Assembly (NCBI GenBank): GCA_050273025.1
Contig: CP158635.1
Location: 8,432,001-8,496,000 of the forward strand
DNA length: 64,000 bases
Reading direction: 5' to 3'
Source: Cenococcum geophilum
Taxonomy: Eukaryota
The stretch's first letter is position 1. Every line of letters begins with the position of its first letter. Positions 26,301 to 39,254 of this stretch are shown one piece after another. The translations under genes were made by a program, and so were the position numbers. The notes below the pieces were generated by a model. It saw only the letters and a program-made list of their open reading frames with translations. It was not told the origin of the DNA and did not search any database.

Positions 26301-27247
26301 GAGAGGTTGACGAAATTTGGCAATATCGTACGGGTGGAAACCTCACGATATTTGACGAAGATCACGACACTGCGGAAGGCCGCCAGAAGTAATGTTCTTG
26401 TAGCCAAGCATACGGCTTCGCTACAATTACTATGTACAGCTGGTGGCAACCAGGCGAAATTGGATGCGCGTACCGAATCTGCAACTCGCTAAGGGAGGGG
26501 GGTGAAGCTAGTCGTGCACATCACTGTAGAGAAATAATTATAGTAACTATTAGTTGTTAGGGTCTATTTTAATTTATTATTATAAATTTAGGTATAACTC
26601 TTTCCTATTACTACTATATTAGGCTAAAGGATAATAGACTTAGGTAAGTAGGTCCTAAATAAAGAAGAGAAAAGAAACGAAAAAAGGAGTAGACTATTGC
26701 TAATTAAAGTTAGTTAGAATATTTAGGACTATAAGGGTTAGAATTATTAGTAGAATTATTAGTAGAATTATTAGTAAGGACTAAAAGAGCTTATAAAGGG
26801 CTAGAGAGGAGTAAATTAGACTAAAAAGTAGGATAAAGCCTAAGAGTAAGTTATTAAGATTAATAAGGGAGTGACTAAAGAGTTTAAAATTTTTTATATT
26901 TTAGAACTATTATATAAAATAGTGCTAAGCCACTAGTCCCTAGTTCCTTAGCTAAGAAAGCTTAATTCTTAAAGAGCTATATTAAGGATTTTAGGGTTAA
27001 AATCCGTAAAAAGGGGGGCTTTATTATAAATAGCAACGATCTAGTAATAATTAGAGTAGATAAGGACTTATTACCTTATACGGAGCCTAAGTAGACCTAA
27101 GTTAGAATAATAAGGTATATTTAGTCCAAGCTATAGTTAAAATTAGACTAATTAGGGGCTTTACCTTAATTTAGTAAAGTCCTAACTAGATGGCGCTAGA
27201 TAAAACTATAAGTAGCTACTCTAGTAGGGGGATAGCTATTTATAATA
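23352..27247 (+). mobile_element. 3' part of Ty3/Gypsy element F (integrase C-terminus, chromodomain, long 3' region, LTR 27022-27247)
   Basis: RPKEKLDYKNFGLFKV..YNVFYMSLLEKY and chromodomain 23990-24130; PPT AAAAAGGGGGG ~27008; LTR bounded by 13-bp inverted repeats TATTATAAATAGC/GCTATTTATAATA. Confidence 0.8.
26037..26526. mobile_element. Tc1/mariner-type MITE, 490 bp, ~110-bp TIRs, TA TSD, almost RIP-free
   Basis: TA|(T/C)AGTGATGTGCACGAC...GTCGTGCACATCACTG|TA; long near-perfect TIRs; GC-balanced within AT-rich flanks. Confidence 0.93.
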
Positions 27248-27991
27248 TGTTAAATATAGATAGTATCCTCCATTAACTAATTATGCCAAGTTAAGCCTTT
27301 TTCTACTATATTAACCTTAGGAACTCCTAGTTCCCTTATACGTCGCGTTTTATATATAGGCCTTTAGAGATAGCATTCGGTCTTAGGGTCCTAGTATAGG
27401 TATCTTAAGGATATAGATTTCTTCTTAGAGAGCTTTAATTAATTATTAGTATTAGGCCTTTTATTCTGTAAAAGCGTTTATAAAGGATATCTATAAACCT
27501 ACCATTTGCTCTTTAAGTATAGTAAGTATATTAGCTACTGTTATAGGAGCTTTAGGTACGTTTTATATTTTAATAGTAGTATAGGTAGTTAATATAATAT
27601 AGTATTATAGAGTAAGTATAAGTAACAATAATATATAATGAGGTAGATATTATTAAGCTATATATATAAACTATATAATAAGGTTAAGACGTTATATAAG
27701 GAAAAAAGTTAAGAAAATAAAAAGAAAGGGTATATATTATAGACTTAGTTGCTTAGTTAATATATATATAAAGTAGAATAGAACTTAGGTAGTAGTTTTA
27801 GCAGAACTTGGCAGGATTTATAGAACTTAGTAGAACTTAGTAGAACTTAGTAGAATATAGTAAAATGCGGCAGATTGCCGTTAGATTGCCGCAGATTGCT
27901 ATTAGATTGCCGTCTCGTAGTCAGTCTCTGGTTGCTAAGTTGGTGGAAATAGGTAGACGTGTATAAGGTGTTATAGGGGTATCCCGTAACA
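27248..27991 (-). mobile_element. LTR (27690-27991) plus possible gag start of another LTR element, G
   Basis: LTR ends CCCGTAACA with GTAGAACTTA and GCAGATTGCC tandem repeats; left end AAGA|CGTTA as at 23101. Confidence 0.6.
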
Positions 27992-29299
27992 CTAGCCTAG
28001 CTGCGCTCGGGCCCCTAGCTACGCTAGGGTCTAAATTTCCAGATTTTCTTAGTAGGCGCCGCACCCTTTCTTAACGTGTTCTATTAGTTATCTGGTAATA
28101 TTAGTTATCTAATAGCCCTACCAAAATTAACGCGTCTTAGCGCGTTTAACTAGCTATAGACCTAATACTACAATCTTAATCGCTTTAAAAAGAAGGAAGA
28201 CTATCTCTAGATATTGCTGCTATTTAAAAGAAATAAATTTAATATGTCTTTAGCGCTATAAAGCTATATAATACTCCTCTTTCTACTCTTTAAGACCGCC
28301 TTATAGGTGCTCTACCTTAAGCTATAGCTAATGCAAAGAAACGGAAGCTACTCTCTACTAAAGAGTAGTCTCTTGTTTAGTAGATCCTAAACCTTAATTA
28401 ATGAGGATTTCCCCCCTAAATTATTAACGTATAATAAATAGTAGACGCTCTACTTACCGCATATAGCTAAAATCCTCCGCCTTAACCTATTAGTAAGTGC
28501 TAGGTATTGCGCTTTATTAAGACCTAGTTAGAGCTTTAAATAAAGTAGAATAGGAAATTCTACTTATAGCGCGCATAATATAAGGATCCTATTACGATTA
28601 ACGCGTGGTTTAAGCTTATATAGAAAACGCGTTAGGCATACAGCATCCTTAACTAAGATAACTACAACTTTAATTAGACTAAATTTATAATAGGCGTTGC
28701 TACTATATTAAAGGTTATTACAAGCTTTAACACTATTAGTTAAGTAGTTATTGTATAGCCTAGTAATCGCAACTAGGTAACGGTAATTAAAGCTATTAAT
28801 ACGTCTAGCTAGTCTATCCTACCCATTATTATCCTGTCTAAAAAGCTCCACTAAATAAGCTAGTATTGCAGTCTACCTACTAACTAGGTAATCGCGCTAA
28901 GTAATAATAGCTAGACGACTAATAAGCTTAGATTTAAGTGGCTAAAGTACTTTAATAGATATATAACGCCTTATATAATAGGAGTCTATTATTTACTTAC
29001 CCTTAATAGCTATAGTAGCTACGCTATACCTAAGTTTAACTAGTACTGTATAGAGAATAAGATTATTAGTCTCTATATACCTACGCATACGTCCTATCTC
29101 CTATAGCCTCTTAATATTGGCTGCTTTTCTTCTCTTAAGATAGCGTATGGATATAAGGTTAGGGAGCTCGCCTATTAAAGAGTCTTTTATATTAATAAGG
29201 ATAAGTTTCTTAATATTTACCCACGTATACGCACGTTAGTCTTCTTAAAGTAAAATATTAAGAGTAGATTTTAAGTAATAGGACTTATTCTATTCTATC

Positions 29300-30685
29300 C
29301 AGTGTGTTCGACAGGCAATCAATCGCAGGCAGGGGCCCCTGGTTGCGATTGATTGGCCAAAATCCTGGTTGCGATTGATCGACTGATGAGAATTAGCTAA
29401 TTGATTGAAGTGATTGCGATTGATTGCTAAGAATTACCCCATTGGGTAATCCGTGATAAAGAATCTAGGTACTAAACATTTTTTTAGCAGAGCTTCGCCT
29501 TATATAATAAATATACACTCTAAAAATAAGTCCTTCCTATACTTCTTATTTATCCTTATCCTTTTCTATATGCCTTTTATTTAACCAGCTCTTCTAAAGC
29601 TCTAGCGCCTTAATTATCTTATTAGCCAGGCGGTTTCGGTTATTAGTAATTACGTTAGCAGAGCTAAACTTACGCTGGCACTTAGAGCTTATTGCTAGTA
29701 TAGAAAAGAGGTCTATTGCGCGTTGTTAATTAGAATAAGGGAATTACGTATTAATGGTGTTAAATTTAATGATAATAAAGACGGTAAGTAGAGCTCTACG
29801 TGGAGCCTTGGCAGAGCTTCGTGCAGAGCCTTTGGTAGAGCTCTATGCGGAGCCTTAGCAGAGCTCCGTGTAGAGCTTTGAGGGAGCTTCGTAGAGAGCC
29901 TCTGGCAGAGCTTCGCGCAGAGCTTTCTAGCAGAGCCTTTGGTAGAGCCTCTGACTCAGTTTTAGCCCGTGCTATATTTAACTAAGAGTCTACTAATCTA
30001 TAATAATTCTAGCTTAAAGGTAGGCCCTATAATTAATTTCCCTAGCTACCAAATCTTTACTGGACCCTCTCCGCATGGGGCTCCGCATGGAGCTCTACAC
30101 GGGCTCTGCACGGAGCTCTACTAAAGGCTCTGCCAGAAAGCTCTGCTAGAAAGCTCTGCACGAAGCTCTGCCAGAGGCTTTCTACGAAGATCCCTTGAAG
30201 CTCTGCATGAAGCTCTGCCAAGGCTCCGCATAGAGCTCTACTGAGGGTAAGGGCGAGGTTCTAGGCCTTCGTTTGGCTCGTTGGAAGGGATTAAGAGGCA
30301 TAGTATTGGAGGTGGTTAAGGTAATGGAGGTTAGAAGACAATTAAAAAACTCTATAGGGACAGGCGTAAGTAAATACAGCTAATAAAACGCGTTCTATAG
30401 ACTACGCTAAACCTATTAATCTTAGCGTATTTAATTGCTGCATTCCTAAGCGATCTAATTAGATTAATACTGCACACCTTATTAAAACCGGACACCTTAA
30501 CACCAAAAGTCTATCACGAACCACCCCTCTATTGGTGAGATTTTATATCAATCAATCGCAGGCGCTTGATGAGAATTCATGGTTGCGATTGATTACTTGA
30601 TGAGAATTCCTGGTTGCGATTGATTGCTTATTAATCAATCAATCGCAGGCGCGCTCGTCGAGCGGCTTGCCTGTCGAACACACTG
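29300..30685. mobile_element. Non-autonomous hAT element, 1386 bp, 8-bp TSD ATTCTATC
   Basis: TIR CAGTGTGTTCGACAGGCAA at both ends; subterminal GATTGATTG/CAATCAATC repeats; internal inverted GCAGAGC arrays at 29790-29950 and 30060-30245. Confidence 0.93.
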
Positions 30686-31251
30686 ATTCTATCTAAAGCG
30701 CGTTTTTATATCGCTTACTATTTATAACGAAGCCTTATAGCAGGAACTACAGTAGACTTATTAATAGGCTGGGTGTGTAGGTAAATAAGAAGTTAACAAC
30801 GTAATAATAACTAGTGGAGTGGTTGCCTAATATATTAACTTTAATTATATTCTAAGATTCACTACAAAGGAGAGAACTATTTAGGTAGGGACTGTAGTCC
30901 TTTAAATATATAACCGTACTCCTAAGAAATCCCCTTTATATATAAGGTACGTGTGCTTTACTTACTCTATTATAAATCCTATAGATCTTATAAATTATAT
31001 AGATTACATTATATAACCTTAGTTACCATTTCTTATTATATAGCTTTATCGGCTCTATTCTAGACTATGCCTAAATTAACTAACTAGCTTCTTTTAACTC
31101 CTCTCTAAGTAGTTATAATATTGTATTTAAAGCGTCTATAACACTATCTCCCTCCTCTTTATCTTTGTCCTTAAAGATTCTAAATATCTCTAAGTCGTTT
31201 ACTAAAGGTGTAATATCCGTCTAATTAATTTAGTTAATATTGTTACTTATT

Positions 31252-31790
31252 ATATCTAAAGCTCTTTTTTTCTCTTTAACTATTTATTATATTCGCACTA
31301 TTACTATAATATTATCTCTTAGTGAGATTATACTATCTCCGTGTTCTTATTATTTAAAAAAGGGGTTAGTTTATATTGCGTTAGCGAGTCTATCTTTTTA
31401 ATAACTGTCCTTTTACTTAGAGTGCACTAAAGTAAATATTTATTTATCCTATAACGTTCGCTTTGTTTCTAATGCTAAATATACACAACCTATTACTTTT
31501 AATAGTTGTCTAGTTCCCTAATTAATTTATCTTAGGGTTTTATATTTAATCTATTACTATATAGCTAGATAATAAACTATCTATTACCCTAGCGGAATTA
31601 TATTATTCTTATAATGCTAAATAAGAGGCGGCCGATACTTAGTAACGGGCCCTTAAGTCTTATCTCGCTGCGTCCGCTTAGTTAATCCGTCTTAAGAAGT
31701 AAAAACTTATAAAATAAGGTTTATAGGAACTTAGTAATAAAAAAATAGATTCTCTTCTATCTAAGAAGGAAATAGATTTAAGTAGTTCGG
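31252..31790 (+). pseudogene. Antisense Zn2Cys6-like accessory ORF, second copy
   Basis: (M)SKAL...LSLSEIILSPCSYYLKKGLVYIALASLS...YLECTK; colinear with 2990-3539. Confidence 0.6.
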
Positions 31791-32334
31791 CAACTGCTCT
31801 TCTTAGGTCCCCTTTAGGTAACTTATTCTTTAACAATCTTTCTTTATTAATACTATCTAACCTAATTTCTTCTAATACTCCTATACCTTTCCTATAGCGT
31901 TTTTTAGATTCTCTAGTAGCTCTTAAGTAGTTTTAGTGTAGCCTATCTACTTAACCTTATACTATATTTTATCGTTAATATCCTTATAATTAACAATTTT
32001 TAAAACTTGCTATTTGTCTTCCTTTTATCCTCTATATATATCTACCTTATAAACTAATAGCTTAATATTCCTATATGCTAGTTCTAGCATCGCGATATAC
32101 TATATAGGGTAGATCTTTATCTTAGCTAATAGGTTTAACTTAAATATAACTAGTAAAATCCTCTACGTAATTTTAAAAGGTCTTAGTCTAACGTAGTCTA
32201 ACTTCTTACTTAGTTATTAACTTTTAAAAAATTTGTATAGTAGCTATACTTTATCACCCTCCTTAAAATCTAGTCCCTTAGATCTCTTAGTATTATAATA
32301 CCTTTTTATTCTCTTTTATACTTTCTTTACTAAT

Positions 32335-35300
32335 TGTTACGGCACTAACCTGACGCATACTGTTTCATACTATCTCGTACTATTTCCTACTATTAGCTAG
32401 CCCACTACTAGCGACTTGGCGGCCGGCCCTACTATTTATATATAATACCCCCTTTCCACCTTCTTCCCCTCTTTATACCATAACGTAGTTATTTAGTCTA
32501 CTTTATTATAGCACTGTAACAGTTTGTGGTATCTTTAATTTACGCCCTATCGCAATTACTGATTCCCCGTACCCTAGCCAATTAACCTCCGCCTTAGAGT
32601 AATCGCGACCTATACGCGCCCCTGCTAAAACTAATATATCCCCAGCATAGTCCTAGAACGATCCTTAGTTTTTACCTAGTGCCTAGATAGGTAACACTAA
32701 CGACGCCGAAATAGCCGAAACCTAAAACCCCCGCGACATTTTTATAGACCTCTTTATAGAGACATACCCTAATATCGCGTAGATAATCCGCCGCTTCCTA
32801 CTATACCCTAAGACCTTTAAGCCTAGTAAAGCTTACCTTACCCTTATTAACTATACCAATGAGTTCCTTAGCAATATTAAAGCAGGACTATAGTATATAT
32901 ATAATACAAATACCGCTAATAAAAAAGCTAACGAAAACCTTAGTACCCTTATCGCTTCCTAGATAGGAACTATTAACTCCTAGGTAAAGACTATTACCAT
33001 TCTAAAACAATTAACCCCTATAATAACGGTAGTAACCTAGCAGAAAAAACGGAGATCTAAAGACCTGCTAATATTTAGCGGAAAAGGTACCCCGCTAGAA
33101 CAATAAGCTAATTTTAAGACCTGGCATATTAAGATTAAGGGAGTCTTTAACTAGGACTAGGACTACTTTAATACAGTTTAGTCCTAGATCCTTTACATCT
33201 CGGATATACTAAAGGATAAGGCCTATAAGTTTATTAAGTAGGGCCTAGAGCTTATACATAAGAACCTAAACAACACATCTACGTGGAAATGGCCTATTAA
33301 GGAAGATATGCTTAAAGACCTTACTGCCTACTATAAGGTCCTTAATATAACCTAGGTCGTAAAGAATAAGCTTAACCATTTCCCCTAGGGCGAGCGTAAT
33401 TACTAGTCCTAGAAGGGAGAGCTTAGTAAGCTAATAGTCCGCGCTAAGAAGACAGACGAATAGAAGGTAGACCTACTCTAAAAGTTTATCTCTCTAAAGA
33501 TAGAAGAGCTAGTACTTGGACTTGCCTATAAAATTAATAACAGTAACTATATAGGTTGGAGTAAGTAGATAGATATATTTGCTAAAAACCTTATAAACCA
33601 TATATATTAAGCCAACCTTAAAAAGAACGCTAACTACCGCCTACCTGCCTAAGCCCCTGCCCCTATGTTAACTTTAACCCTAGTAGTAACTAGAGAACCT
33701 ATGGACCTTAATAGAATCTTAGATATGGAGCGCAAGTGCCGCGTTAATAATAGACTATACCTTACCTATAGCCTACCTAGCCACTAAAAGGATGCCTATA
33801 ACCCCGCTAAAATAGTAAACCTAGTCCTAATGCCACCCTATTAAATAACGCGAACTAATAACCGCGGATGCGGCGACCGTAGAGTCCATTATAGACGTGG
33901 TAACTACGGAGCCTATTATGGCCACGGCGGATGACCCCCCCCCCTTTAACCCTATGGCTTAGTTACTCTAAACCATGCCCTATATAGGAGCCTAACCCAT
34001 TAATAACGCCTAGTATTAGCGACTTTGCGCTAGCGAATACGAATATAGCTACGTCATTGGCAAGGTATTGTCTTTCTATACCCTAACCAAAACTAAGACC
34101 GACACTGCTAGCTAGACGGACACTAGACTGCCCTACTAAGACAGCCCCGTACCCTAGTCGTTAAAAGGTAAACCCTTAGACTAAGTTATATCTAAGGGTC
34201 TAAACCATATAAGGAGGAAGATAAGAAGATTAGGTCCCTATTACTAGATTAATTAGTCCTTTCTATTAGTAAACTGCTACTTAATCTTAAATTAGCAAAT
34301 AGTAATAAGAAATCAATCCTTATCTAAACCCAACTCTCCTTATTATATAACCTATACCCCCAAGTTTATATTAATATAGTAAGCCTAGTGAACTCTGGTA
34401 GTACTATAATAGTATTTACTAATGTAGAGTCTATTATAAGAAAGTATAACGTTATAATTAAGAAGCTACTAGCACCTAGGCCACTGTGCCTTGTAGATAG
34501 TATCCTAACTTTACTTATTATGGACTACTTTACCGCCTAAATATTAATCGGCCTCTATACTAAAGCTATGCTCTTTTTTATTACTAAACTCTCACCTACT
34601 ACCCTAATTATCCTAGGTATGCCCTGGCTTTAGAAGCATAAGCCCTGTCCTAGCTTTAGGAAACTTAAGATCCACTTTAACTTAGACTACTACTCTAGGC
34701 ACTGCCTCCCGTAGGGGATAACTAACGTTAGTAGGGACGCCCTATATAGATACTTAGCACTACTAAGCCTAGTGCCTAGGACTATATACAAAGCCCTAAT
34801 AGTAGAAGACGTTCCTGATAAAGGGGAGCCTATACAGCTGCAAAGAAATAAGATAGTAGAAGACTGGACTACCCTAGTACTTAAGACTAAAATAACGGGC
34901 TAGCCAGCCCCGCCGAGACTAAGGAAGAAGGTCCGCTTTACGCCGCCACTACTAAGAATCTAACCCTAACCTAGGCACTATTTAAACCCTAGCCGCCTAG
35001 CCTAACACCTAAAACTAAGCTATATGCTATATACGCACACTATAGCTCGCGTTATAGCAAGGACTAGCTATAGAACTACTAAAACCCGGATAATAGAAAC
35101 CGCGCCACCGTAACGCCCAACCTTACACCTGTCTCCCGCGCGTACCGTATAGGGCTACCGCCTTATTTTCGCCCCCCTGGGCCAACCGAGCTATGCTAGC
35201 CTAGCTGTAGCACTAGAGAACTAGATATACCCTAACCTAGACGATATTAAATGCACTTATGCTATTAATTTTACCCAGTTTTATAAATAAAAAGATATAA

Positions 35301-38300
35301 AGGTAATAAGGATCTATATAGCGGAGCTAGTAGAACTGGTTAAATAAGATAAGCACTAATAGCTGCTTAAAGAGCTGCCTATAGGCCTAATAGAAGTACT
35401 AAACCTATTAGAAAGGTCTTTTCGCTGGCTAGTAGAAGGCGACTATACAATAAAGGAAGCCCGTAAAGTGCTCCCCCCCTATTTCTATAACTTTCTTAAG
35501 ATAAATATAAAAACTAAACCCAAGCTTTTATATCGGAAGATAGTTAATATTAATATTAAAAAATTCCTAAAAAGCAAACTAGGATTAACCCGTAAAGATA
35601 TTCTATAATGCCTATTAAAGGAGTTGAGTAAATATATTAAGCACTTCCTCTCTAAAAATGTAGATAAGCTGCCCCCTTACCAACTATAGGACTATAAAAT
35701 TAAGATCACCCCCGGAAACCAGGCCCCGTACTATAAAAATAGACCACTCTTACCTGCTAAACTTAGGTATATAAAGAAGTGGATTAATAAGATGCTAGAT
35801 AAGGGTTTTATTCGCGAATTAACCTTACTAGCTACTATACTACTTCTCCTCGCTGCTAAGCCTGGCGGTAGTATATAAATCTACTATAACTACCAAGGCC
35901 TAAACACAGTTACTATTAAGAATTAATACCTACTGCTATTAATCCGCGAGATACTTAACGCACTTTATTGTGCTAAGTACTTTACTAAACTTAATATAAT
36001 TACTGCGTTTAACTAAATCCGGATTACGGAGGGCTATAAGTAGCTTATAGTATTTATTACCCGGTTCGGACTTTATAAAATGCTAGTTATACTATTTAGC
36101 CTCTATAACGCACCTGCTATATTCTAAAACTATATTAACTATATTCTATATAACGCCCTTAATGACTACTACACTACCTACCTTAATAACGTCCTTGTCT
36201 TTTCTAAAACACGCGCCGAGTACACTAAGTATATAAATGAAATTATCTAAAGACTCAGCAATGCTGGACTTTAGATTAATATTAATAAGTTTAAGTTTTA
36301 CTCTACTAAAACAAAATACCTCGGCTTAATTATCTTAACTAATAGTATAACTATAGACCCTAAGAAGGTATAGGCCTTATAAAAATAGAAGGACCTAATA
36401 TTAATTAAAGAACTATAACAATTTCTCGGCTTCGCGAACTTCTACTAATAATTTATCTAAGGCTACTCTGCTATCGCTATACCTATAACAAAACTCCTAA
36501 AGAAGGATATTAGATAGCTATAGGGACTAAAATAAGCTAAATTATTTAAGGCCCTTAAGGGAGCCTTTACTTCAGCACTAGTACTAGCATACTATAACTA
36601 TATAAAGAAAACAGTAGTAGAGATAGACGTATTAAATTGGGCTTCCGGCGGAGTCCTTTCCTAGTATAACAATAACGGAAAATTAAGACTAGTTGCATTC
36701 TTCTCCGCAAAGCACTCTGCGCTAAAGTATAACTATAAGATCTATAATAAAGAACTCTTAGCTATTATTAAGGCTTTAGAGGAATAGTATCCTAAGCTAT
36801 AAGGGACTAAGAAGCCGTTTAAAATTATTACCGACTATAAGAACCTATAGACGTTTATAACTACTAAGCAGCTAAACTAGCGCTAAGTCCGGTAGGCAGA
36901 GTTCCTTTTATAGTTTAACTTTATAATTATATATAGACCTAGCAGCAAAGCCACGCTCCCTAATACCCTAAGCCGGCTACTAGGAATAAGGCCTAAGGAC
37001 GCTGATAATAAACGCCTCCGCCACTAAGCCTAAGTCGTTATACCGCCCCAGAAAGTTAACCCTATAATCTTAGAAGAATTACTATATAAGTCCCGTAACT
37101 CTAATGACGCGGAGTTTATAGCCGCTCTAGACCCTAAAATAGCCAAAAGTCACTAGATAAGTTAATTTAGCTAAGATACTAGGAGAATAAACTTATAAGA
37201 GATATAGTGGCAGCCCTACGTGATTAGAAAGCTTGCCGTTAGCTAAAGAAGATTAGGAAATTACTTTATTGCGATAAGTTAGAATACAGTATTATTAACG
37301 GATAGATCTACTTCCACTAATATCTCTTTATCCCTAACGCCTTAGACCTCCGCCTAGAAGTTACCTATTACTCTTATAGCAGTAGCCCCGCTAATTACCC
37401 TAGCTAGGTTAAAACTCTTAACCTCTTAAACCGAATATACTAGTGGCTAGGAATCTCCCAGTTTATGGCTACCTTTGTTAAAGACTATGCCCTATACTTT
37501 CGCACTAAGACCCCCCGTTCTATCCCACCTAGTTTTCTAAAGCTATTAGAATTACCCGCTTACCTATAAACCGATATCTTAATTAACTATATTATAACGC
37601 TACTAGTATACTAACGCTACGGTAAGGTATATAAATATATTCTTATTATTATAAACCGCCTAACTAAAATGCGATACCTCGTTCTAGTAATAGGACTCTT
37701 AACAGAGGAGCTAGTTAATGGCTTTATTAATAACGTATATAAGCTCTACGGTGTACTAAGTACGATTATCTCCAATTATAGCATATAATTTATTAGCAAC
37801 TTCTGGCAATAACTAAGTAAACGCCTTAAGACAACCTTGTAACTAAGCTTAGCCTAGCACCTAGAAACGGACGGCTAAACTAAAATTATTAACGCTGCTA
37901 TAAATAAATACCTCTGTGCTTTTATTAGCTTTATATAGAACAACTAGGTTAACTACCTACCGCTCGCTAAGTTTACTATAAATAACTAAGTTAATAAGAG
38001 TATAGGCATCTCCCCGTTTTTTATAAACTATAGCTTTAACCCTCGCCTTAGAATTGAGCCTACTAGCTCCTACTCACTAATACTATTAGTATAAGTAAAG
38101 AAGGAGTTCTTTCGCGCAGACTCTGTGGCTAACCGCTTTAAGCGGATATTAATATAGCTTAAGGCCCTAGCCTAGATTTTATAGCAACGCTATAAAAATA
38201 ATATTAATACCTATAGGGATAAGAGCGCGTTATTCTATAAAGGCGATATAGTTATAGTTAGCTTAGAAAATATAAAGATAAACAGACCTAAGAAGAAATA

Positions 38301-39254
38301 GGATGACAAATGGGACGGCCCGTACCCCGTACTCGCAGTATACCGAGGGGTAGTTGTAGTAGACCTCCCGGACTATATCTAAGTAAATAAATCCTTTTAT
38401 ATATCTAAGGTCCGCCTCTAGGCTACTAAAGAGATCCCTAGCTAAGCAAATATTAATACCGTAAAGCGCCGTAATATATAAGGACGAGTGGTAGAGAGAG
38501 ATAATAACGGCAACATAGAAGACAAATAGGAGTTTAAGAAAATCCTTAATATATATGACGAAGACCCTTAGGGCCTAACTTATAAGATTAAATGGAAATA
38601 TTATAAGGATATAACCTAGCAGCTAGAGGAAGACCTAAAGGGTTACAAATAAGCTGTATAGCGTTTCTATAAGTAACACCCTAAGAAGCTAGGACCCCTA
38701 GACTAGGTATAAGATAAGGAAAAGTCACGCTAAGGTTGCGGCCGACCACCGTATTAAAATTTGTGGTGGTTAAGATGTTATAGAACTTTAACCGGCGGTT
38801 AAAGTTATCTAATTAGCCAAATTCTCGCCAAGAAATGCCATACGGACTAATTTGGGTGGTAGTGTAGAGTTCTGCCGACCTTACTTACTAAACTAACCAA
38901 TTAGGATTTTCTATGCCCGGCATAAAAAATCGCCATTAGCTCGGTTAAGGGCAGTAAGCGGAACTAACATCTTCGCGGTAAAAAAAAAAATAGGCAACCC
39001 CGTATACTGCGTATTTTTAAGTTATCTATTTAGTTTAGGGACCAAACCATCTAGGGGAGAGGAGTACTGTCACGACACTAACTTAACGCATACTGTTTCA
39101 TACTGTCTCGTACTATTTCCTACTATTGGCTAGCCCACTACTAGCGACTTGGCGGCCGGCCCTACTATTTATATATAATACCCCCTTTCCACCTTCTTCC
39201 CCTCTTTATACTATAACGTAGTTATTTAGTCTACTTTATTACAGCACTATAATA
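32335..39254 (+). mobile_element. Full-length Ty3/Gypsy chromovirus B; 187-bp LTRs at 32335-32521 and 39068-39254; TSD CTAAT
   Basis: Near-identical LTRs, 5-bp TSD, PPT AGGGGAGAGGAG; gag, protease, RT (YLNN ~36180), RNase H, integrase (HLETDG*T), chromodomain (YKIKWK ~38585). Confidence 0.95.
38770..38965 (+). promoter_or_regulatory. Conserved palindrome/CCAAT module in the Gypsy B 3' UTR (shared with 17045-17235)
   Basis: GAACTTTAACCGGCGGTTAAAGTT and CCAATTAGGATTTTCTATGCCCGGCATAAAAAATCGCCATTAGCTCG. Confidence 0.6.

Noticed and set aside
26079..26492. 137-aa ORF in the MITE
   Set aside because: Non-ATG start, spans the TIRs, no transposase motifs
38770..38965. Hammerhead ribozyme interpretation of the shared module
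   Set aside because: CTAATTA/CCAATTA fits CCAATCA better than CTGATGA, and no correctly placed GAAA core was seen
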